Source: Candidatus Latescibacterota bacterium (GTDB lineage Bacteria; Latescibacterota; UBA2968; UBA8231). From it: 64,000 nucleotides of DNA. The position numbers and the translations under genes were made by a program. The DNA is taken from the NCBI GenBank assembly GCA_965203175.1, contig OZ241867.1:576001-640000 (forward strand). The letters run 5' to 3'. Of the stretch, positions 58,345-64,000 are shown piece after piece. How positions within the stretch are numbered: the stretch's first letter is position 1; every line of letters begins with the position of its first letter. The notes beneath the pieces were generated by a model. It saw only the letters and a list, made by a program, of their open reading frames with translations. It was not told the DNA's origin and did no database searches.

Positions 58345-58370
58345 GTAGGGGCACCTCTTGTGAGTGCCCT
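58345..58370. repeat. GTAG-type REP-like palindrome between convergent genes
   Basis: GTAGGGGCAC-CTCTTGTGA-GTGCCC, with a CCCCTTGTGG remnant at about 58381. Confidence 0.6.
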
Positions 58371-58395
58371 TCGTACGTTTCCCCTTGTGGCCGCT

Positions 58396-59736
58396 TCAGC
58401 CCAGACGACGGCGCAAGCGGCGCGCGAGATCGCCAACCACAGCGGGAGCAGTGGCGGCGATATTGTGCAGTTCGTCGGGATCTTGCTCGAGGTCGTAGAG
58501 TTCGTCGCAGTCGTTGTAATTCTGGATGTATTTGTGCGTAGCCGTGCGGATGCAGCGAAAGTTGCGCAGGGCAGCGACGGTCTCTTGGCGGTGGGTGTCA
58601 GTCTGGCCGGCGAGGACCGGTTGCAGCGAGCGGGCGTCAATATCTTGCTGCGGCGCGAGTTGGGCAAAATCACATATCGTGGCATTGAGGTCGATGAGTT
58701 CGCACAGCGCGTCGCAGACGCGGCCTCCGGCGATATCCGGCCCGGCGATGATCAGCGGTACGCGCAGACTGGCCTCGTACGCGGCGCTCTTGGTGTACAG
58801 CCCGTGGTCGCCGAGCAGTTCGCCGTGGTCAGAAGAGAAGATGATATAGGTGTTGTCGAGTTGGCCGCGTTTTTCTAGCGCGTCGAGGATCTGGCCGATC
58901 TGGTCGTCAATGAGTTCGGTGGCGGCGCAGTATTGGCGGCGGGTTTGGGCGATTTGGTCGCGCGCGAAGTATGCGGCGCGTTTTTTGATCCACTCGGGCT
59001 TGCCAGCGAGGGAGTCGCTGATGGTCGGGGGCATTGCCGCGTCGCGGTAGCGGTCGCCATATTCGCTCGGCGGGTCAAAGGGGTCGTGCGGGCCGACGAA
59101 GCTGACGAAGTAGTGCCAGGGGAAATCGTCGGGCACATTGGCGATCCACTCGGCGGCACGCCGGCCGATATAGGCATCCTCAAAGTCCGCACTGTCCAGC
59201 GGCGAGTCGCGGCAATCGGTAATCCAACTAGCGGCGGCGCGGCGGCGATAATCCTGGTGAAATGTCGCCAATTGCCCTTTGTCGGCTAGGTAGTGCGTAT
59301 AGGGGCCAATCGGCGTGGGCGAGGAGCCGGCGTGCATTTTGCCCTCGCATTCCTCTGGATGGGTGAAACCCCAGCTATAGGCGTAGGGCCGGTCGCCATA
59401 GCGGCCATTGTAGCCGTCGGATTTGCGCAGGTCGAGCTTGCCGACACAGCCGACGCGGTAGCCGGAATCGCGCAGCCGCTGATAGTAGGTGGTGGTGCCC
59501 AAGGGTAGCCGCCCCGAATTGTCCAAGCAGCCGAGGCGGCTCGGTTGCAGACCAGAGGCTAAGCCGATTCGCGCTGGCGCGCAGACGGGCGCGTTAGTGG
59601 TGCATTGAGTGAAGCGCACTCCAGCGGCGGCGAGGCGGTCGAGATGGGGCGTCCGTAGGAAGTCGGCACCGACTGCGCCGAGATAGTCGTGGCGGTGCTG
59701 ATCATCCATGATGAAGAGTATATTGGGCCGGGGCAT
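58396..59736 (-). CDS. Formylglycine-dependent sulfatase
   Basis: PNILFIMDDQHR, CAPAR (CxPxR), PHDP, SDHG, ELYDL..DP.E..N. Confidence 0.93.
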   Translation of the reverse strand: MPRPNILFIMDDQHRHDYLGAVGADFLRTPHLDRLAAAGVRFTQCTTNAPVCAPARIGLASGLQPSRLGCLDNSGRLPLGTTTYYQRLRDSGYRVGCVGKLDLRKSDGYNGRYGDRPYAYSWGFTHPEECEGKMHAGSSPTPIGPYTHYLADKGQLATFHQDYRRRAAASWITDCRDSPLDSADFEDAYIGRRAAEWIANVPDDFPWHYFVSFVGPHDPFDPPSEYGDRYRDAAMPPTISDSLAGKPEWIKKRAAYFARDQIAQTRRQYCAATELIDDQIGQILDALEKRGQLDNTYIIFSSDHGELLGDHGLYTKSAAYEASLRVPLIIAGPDIAGGRVCDALCELIDLNATICDFAQLAPQQDIDARSLQPVLAGQTDTHRQETVAALRNFRCIRTATHKYIQNYNDCDELYDLEQDPDELHNIAATAPAVVGDLARRLRRRLG

Positions 59737-59899
59737 TGGGGCGTTCCTTGGCGTTGTGATGGGCGTCTCGTAGCTTAAATGAGCGCAGGATTGCGATATG
59801 TTGGCCCAATCTATCCAGTCGCCTGCCTCGCTTCAAGGGCGGCAGCGCAAAAGCGCGCCGATTTCAACCTATAGGAGATAGAACAAGTAAGGGAAAAAC

Positions 59900-60607
59900 A
59901 TGAACGAATTCACAAGTCCTGCGGTACAGGCGATGAATCTCATTCGATATATTGGAGATCAGGTATCAGAATCAGGCGAACCAATTCGCCAGCTTGCTGA
60001 AATCAGCGAGGAGATTGGCGCTCCGAGCGAAGAATTGGCCAAGCAACTCATTGAAGAGTTATGTGAACACGGCGTCGTTAATGTAAGAACCATTTCTCGG
60101 GCTCTTGGGGGCCTTGCTCGTTATAAAGGAGTTAGCCTTACCCTCAAAGGATGGGAGCAGTATGAAGCGGAAAAACGCGGGGGATTCGATGGAAACTACG
60201 GTTTCCTCGCCATGCAGTTCGACGAACCCGATCTCGACTCCTTTGTTCAGGATGTTGTAAAACCGGCAGTGAAAGAATCTACCGATTACGATCTCGTCGA
60301 TATGCGCGATGTCGGGAAGGCGGGTATCATCGACAATATCATGCGCGTCCAAATCAGAGACGCGAAGTTCGTCATTGCCGACCTTACCCACGACAACAAT
60401 GGCGCGTATTGGGAGGCCGGTTACGCAGAAGGTCTAGGCAAGCCTGTTATCTATATTTGCGAAAAGGAGAAATTTGAGAGCAATGATGGAACCCACTTCG
60501 ATACGAATCATTGTACGACCGTTTTCTGGTCTAAGTCTAGGGATAATGACGAGGGTTTCCGTCAGGAACTGACTGCAACCCTTCGCCGCTCGCTCGATGA
60601 ATCGTGA
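59900..60607 (+). CDS. wHTH plus nucleoside 2-deoxyribosyltransferase/TIR-like domain protein
   Basis: LTLKGW helix-wing; FLAMQF; IADLTHDNNGAYWEAGYAEGLGKPVIY; HFDTNH; visibly lower GC than flanks. Confidence 0.7.
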   Translation: MNEFTSPAVQAMNLIRYIGDQVSESGEPIRQLAEISEEIGAPSEELAKQLIEELCEHGVVNVRTISRALGGLARYKGVSLTLKGWEQYEAEKRGGFDGNYGFLAMQFDEPDLDSFVQDVVKPAVKESTDYDLVDMRDVGKAGIIDNIMRVQIRDAKFVIADLTHDNNGAYWEAGYAEGLGKPVIYICEKEKFESNDGTHFDTNHCTTVFWSKSRDNDEGFRQELTATLRRSLDES

Positions 60608-60675
60608 TAGCCGCCAACGGAACAGCTAGTTCAGCCAGCCCAACGGTAATGTTCGACAATACGGAGAAATGACCT

Positions 60676-61878
60676 ATGCGGATTGAGCAGATTGAAATCA
60701 AGAACTACCGTTCCTTCCGCCACGCCGTGTTTGAAGATTTACCTCCGATGGTCGTAGTCGTGGGCGCAAACGGCACGGGCAAATCGACGCTACTCGACGT
60801 GTTTAGCTTTCTCAAGGACGCGCTGACCCAGAACGTCGCCATGGCGGTGGCGCAACGCGGCGGGTTCCGCGAGTTGGTCAGTCGAGGAGAAAATGGACCG
60901 ATTGGGATTACCATCAAATTCCGCGAGAGCGGGGGACGTCTAGCCACCTACGAACTCGAAATAGTAGCGAAAAATGGCCGAGTCTCGGTTGAACGCGAAG
61001 TACTTCACTATCGTAAAGGGCAGCATGGACGCCCTTGGCATTTCGTTGATTTCTCAGGCGGAATCGGAACTGCAATCACAAATGAATCAGTCTATGGTCA
61101 GGAAGAAGTAAAAGAAAAGAGAGCAGAGTACAAGCTCGACGATCCAAGCGTTCTTGCGATCAAGGGCTTGGGCCAGTTCCGCGAGTTCCAAGTCGTCTCG
61201 GAATTCCGCAGCTTAATCGAGAACTGGCACGTCTCGGACTTCCATATTGCCGACGCCCGACCAAGCAGTGAGGCCGGCTATGCCGAGCATCTGTCTAATC
61301 GTGGCGATAACGTCGCCCAAGTGGCCCGGTACCTCTACGAGAATCACCGCGAGTGCTTCGACCAAATTCTGAAGGCTATGAGCCAGCGCGTCCCAGGCGT
61401 GAGCGGCGTTGAAGCCAAACCGACGGAGGACGGGCGTCTCGTTCTGCGCTTTCAGGATGGCAGCTTTAAGGACCCATTCATTGCCCGCCACGTCTCCGAC
61501 GGCACGATCAAGATGTTCGCCTACCTCGTCTTGCTGTATGACCCAAAGCCCCATCCGTTGCTGGCAGTCGAAGAACCCGAAAATCATCTCTATCCCGAAT
61601 TGCTAATAGAGTTAGCCGAGGAGTTTAGGGACTACGCTCGGCGCGGCGGTCAAGTGTTCGTTTCGACCCACTCTCCCGATTTCCTGAACGGAGCAGAACT
61701 TAACGAGATCTTCTGGCTGGTTAAAAAAGACGGATTCACAACCGTGCGCCGAGCGTCCGACAGCGAACTGCTGCGCGCTCTTGTCGCAGAGGGAGACTTG
61801 CCGGGTGCCCTATGGAAGCAGAGGCTTTTTGAGGGTACTGGGCTACGTCAATTTGATGACGAGTTGATAATCACCTAG
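60676..61878 (+). CDS. Soluble ABC-family ATPase (AAA_21-like)
   Basis: IKNYRSF, GANGTGKST, VSDGT, VEEPENHLYP, STHSP. Confidence 0.9.
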   Translation: MRIEQIEIKNYRSFRHAVFEDLPPMVVVVGANGTGKSTLLDVFSFLKDALTQNVAMAVAQRGGFRELVSRGENGPIGITIKFRESGGRLATYELEIVAKNGRVSVEREVLHYRKGQHGRPWHFVDFSGGIGTAITNESVYGQEEVKEKRAEYKLDDPSVLAIKGLGQFREFQVVSEFRSLIENWHVSDFHIADARPSSEAGYAEHLSNRGDNVAQVARYLYENHRECFDQILKAMSQRVPGVSGVEAKPTEDGRLVLRFQDGSFKDPFIARHVSDGTIKMFAYLVLLYDPKPHPLLAVEEPENHLYPELLIELAEEFRDYARRGGQVFVSTHSPDFLNGAELNEIFWLVKKDGFTTVRRASDSELLRALVAEGDLPGALWKQRLFEGTGLRQFDDELIIT

Positions 61879-61887
61879 CAGGCCGCT

Positions 61888-62874
61888 ATGAACACCAACG
61901 AACCAATCCCATTTGCAACATTCGCCCGCTTCGAACGGCTCACCGCCGAGAAGCCCCTGCTGTACTGCGAGCCACCCGCGTGGGCGGCTGCCAGTCACGC
62001 CATCGTCGTGGACGACACCGTGCACTATCTATGGGCCAAAAAGGGAGGAGATGGTAGCTGGGTACACATGCACAGCTCCGCGCCAGTCGCCGATCCTACG
62101 GCGGTGACGCACGACCAGCGCAATCCCATACTCCTACCTTCCGCCGACGGATTCGACAATCACGGCGTGGAATACCCATTCCCGTTCTGGAATCCCGCCG
62201 ACCAGCGCTACTACGCCTATTATCTCGGCACCCAAGGCAAGGACAAGCCCCGCCGCAAGCAGACCGGCCTGCTAGTCAGCGACGGCGATTTCGGAGCGTG
62301 GACGCGGATTGACAATGAACCAGTAGTTGCCGTCGGCGGCGCGCACGAACAACACGGCTCTTCCCATCCATCCGTGGCCGTATCGGGCGATGTCATCCAC
62401 ATGGTCTATACCGGCGAGTCGCCAGCACCTCCTGAACGGCGCGACATTCTCTACAACGTACCGACCATCTGCCATGCCACCGCACCGACCAGCGATCCGG
62501 CGCAGGTCACCAAGAATCCCGCCAATCCCGTGTTCTGCGGCTCGGGGCAGGCGTGGGACCACTATGGCGTGCGCGAAGCCGAAATCCTCAAAGGACCGAG
62601 CTACTTCCATCTGTTCTACGGGGGTTACGACGGCAAGGTCTGGACCATTGGGCACGTCCGCACGCGCGACTTCCATACTTTCGAACCCAACCCACACAAC
62701 CCAATTTTCACGCCTGCGACCGATGCCGACGCCTGGGATTGCGACGGCCTCCTGACCCCACAGGTATTCGCAATAAACGGTACCTATTACATGATCTACG
62801 CTGGTCTCAGAGGGTCAGGCTGGAATCGCGTGTCAGCAGTCGGGACGGGCCTAGCCGTGGCCAAGCCGCTGTAA
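61888..62874 (+). CDS. Five-bladed beta-propeller glycoside hydrolase-like protein (GH43/32/130-like)
   Basis: Repeated NPxNP(V/I)F...WD blades and Y.M.Y.G strands. Confidence 0.7.
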   Translation: MNTNEPIPFATFARFERLTAEKPLLYCEPPAWAAASHAIVVDDTVHYLWAKKGGDGSWVHMHSSAPVADPTAVTHDQRNPILLPSADGFDNHGVEYPFPFWNPADQRYYAYYLGTQGKDKPRRKQTGLLVSDGDFGAWTRIDNEPVVAVGGAHEQHGSSHPSVAVSGDVIHMVYTGESPAPPERRDILYNVPTICHATAPTSDPAQVTKNPANPVFCGSGQAWDHYGVREAEILKGPSYFHLFYGGYDGKVWTIGHVRTRDFHTFEPNPHNPIFTPATDADAWDCDGLLTPQVFAINGTYYMIYAGLRGSGWNRVSAVGTGLAVAKPL

Positions 62875-62884
62875 GGGCGCACCC

Positions 62885-64000
62885 TCACTCACTATCCTCA
62901 TCGGCCCGTTCAATAACCCGCATACTCTTCCAACGGCCCGTGCGAAAGCGCAAATAGAGAGCCACACCCAAGACGCATATATACGCGCAGCCAAAGCTCC
63001 ATATCAGGTACAGCCCTCCATCAAAGTAGGTTAGGGCGGCAAAAGACGGCACCACCATGATCGCCCAGGCCAGCGCGATCGAAATCCACATGACGAAACG
63101 GGTGTCGCCCGCACCCTTCAGGGACGCCGCGAACACCATATAGGCGGCGTCGAAGACGCAGTACAAGGCCACGAAGCGCAGCAAGACCACGGCGATCTGA
63201 TGCGCAACCGCAAAGTTGGCGTCTTGCTCCTCGCCAAAAGGCGCAAGGAAAAACTCCGGCACCAACACATAGCCCAAGGACATCGTCCCCATGTACAGCA
63301 TAGCCAAGTGCAAACCCGACCACGTGCAGTACTCAGCGGCTTCGGGCTGATCGCGCCCCAAGCGCTGGCCAACCATCGTCGATACGGCAATACTGCAACC
63401 AATGAGCGGCATAAAGGCGAGGCTGTTGATGTGAAAGGCCAAGTTCGTCGCCGCCAGCGGGATCGGCCCCAAGCGGCCCACGATGAACAAGAAGAAGGTA
63501 AAGGCCATGATGTCGAGCATGAAGTTGACGCCGTTGGGGCCGCCAAAGCGCAACAAGCGCAGCAGCAGTTTGCGGTCCGGCTTCCAGCCGCGCAAGGTGG
63601 CGTATTCGCTGCGATAGCGCGGCCCCAAAAACAGCACCGCAAAACACAGGGCCGAGACCACCAAGCCGATATTGGTGGCCCATGCCGCCCCGACGATCCC
63701 CAACTCAGGCAGTCCCCAATGCCCAAATATCAAAGCGTAGTCGCAGATGATGTTGACGCTGATAGCCACGACGTTGACCGCCAGCACCACCCACGTCTGG
63801 CCCCGCCCGCTGAAAAAGCACGAGAAAGCCGTGGACAAGACCTGCGGCCCAGTGCCGTAGCAAAGGATGCGAAAGTACTGGGTCTCAGCGGCGCGGATGC
63901 CTGGGTCGTGGCCAATGAACGCGAAGAGTTCGCCAGCAAAGGCCGCTGGCAGCAAGGCCAACAGGCCGCTGAACAAGGCCACGTACGCCCCTTGCCACAC
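62885..64000 (-). CDS. MATE family efflux transporter, 5' end beyond the window
   Basis: FGHWGLPELGIVGAAWAT, VGQRLG, LKGAGDT, RF..GRWK. Confidence 0.92.
   Translation of the reverse strand: MWQGAYVALFSGLLALLPAAFAGELFAFIGHDPGIRAAETQYFRILCYGTGPQVLSTAFSCFFSGRGQTWVVLAVNVVAISVNIICDYALIFGHWGLPELGIVGAAWATNIGLVVSALCFAVLFLGPRYRSEYATLRGWKPDRKLLLRLLRFGGPNGVNFMLDIMAFTFFLFIVGRLGPIPLAATNLAFHINSLAFMPLIGCSIAVSTMVGQRLGRDQPEAAEYCTWSGLHLAMLYMGTMSLGYVLVPEFFLAPFGEEQDANFAVAHQIAVVLLRFVALYCVFDAAYMVFAASLKGAGDTRFVMWISIALAWAIMVVPSFAALTYFDGGLYLIWSFGCAYICVLGVALYLRFRTGRWKSMRVIERADEDSE

Overview
High-GC bacterial chromosomal segment, densely coding. Two secretion-type C-termini (a FlgD/T9SS-A-like domain and a TxVE..SWGxIK tail) suggest an FCB-group lineage such as Ca. 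Latescibacterota; this is inference. The left and middle parts are accessory or metabolic: moeA, hemA/hemX, an ECF sigma-anti-sigma-Spy locus, two heme-c/copper monooxygenase-like lipoproteins, an Amt-type channel, ggt with a polyamine-type ABC transporter, YyaL, an acyl-CoA synthetase, DUF3179, a flavin/polyferredoxin fusion, ppk2, aroC and carA. A long housekeeping run follows (proC-hisH-hisF-proB-ftsB-recO-glyQS-tRNA-Leu-tig-clpP-clpX-engB-serA-purA-prpB-prpC), then a catabolic tail containing a small lower-GC islet (wHTH-NDT-like protein plus ABC ATPase). I found no CRISPR array, rRNA, integrase or transposase. Best leads: (i) two short palindromic elements apparently inserted in-frame in neighbouring genes; (ii) heme-c/PHM-type Cu monooxygenase lipoproteins with a redoxin partner; (iii) a candidate NDT/TIR-like plus ATPase defence pair; (iv) a circularly permuted TrxR-like flavoprotein fused to a membrane polyferredoxin; (v) a duplicated ECF promoter; (vi) a histone-H1-like/SWIB protein; (vii) a frameshifted hendecad coiled-coil gene. 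All family calls are from motif recognition without database searches.
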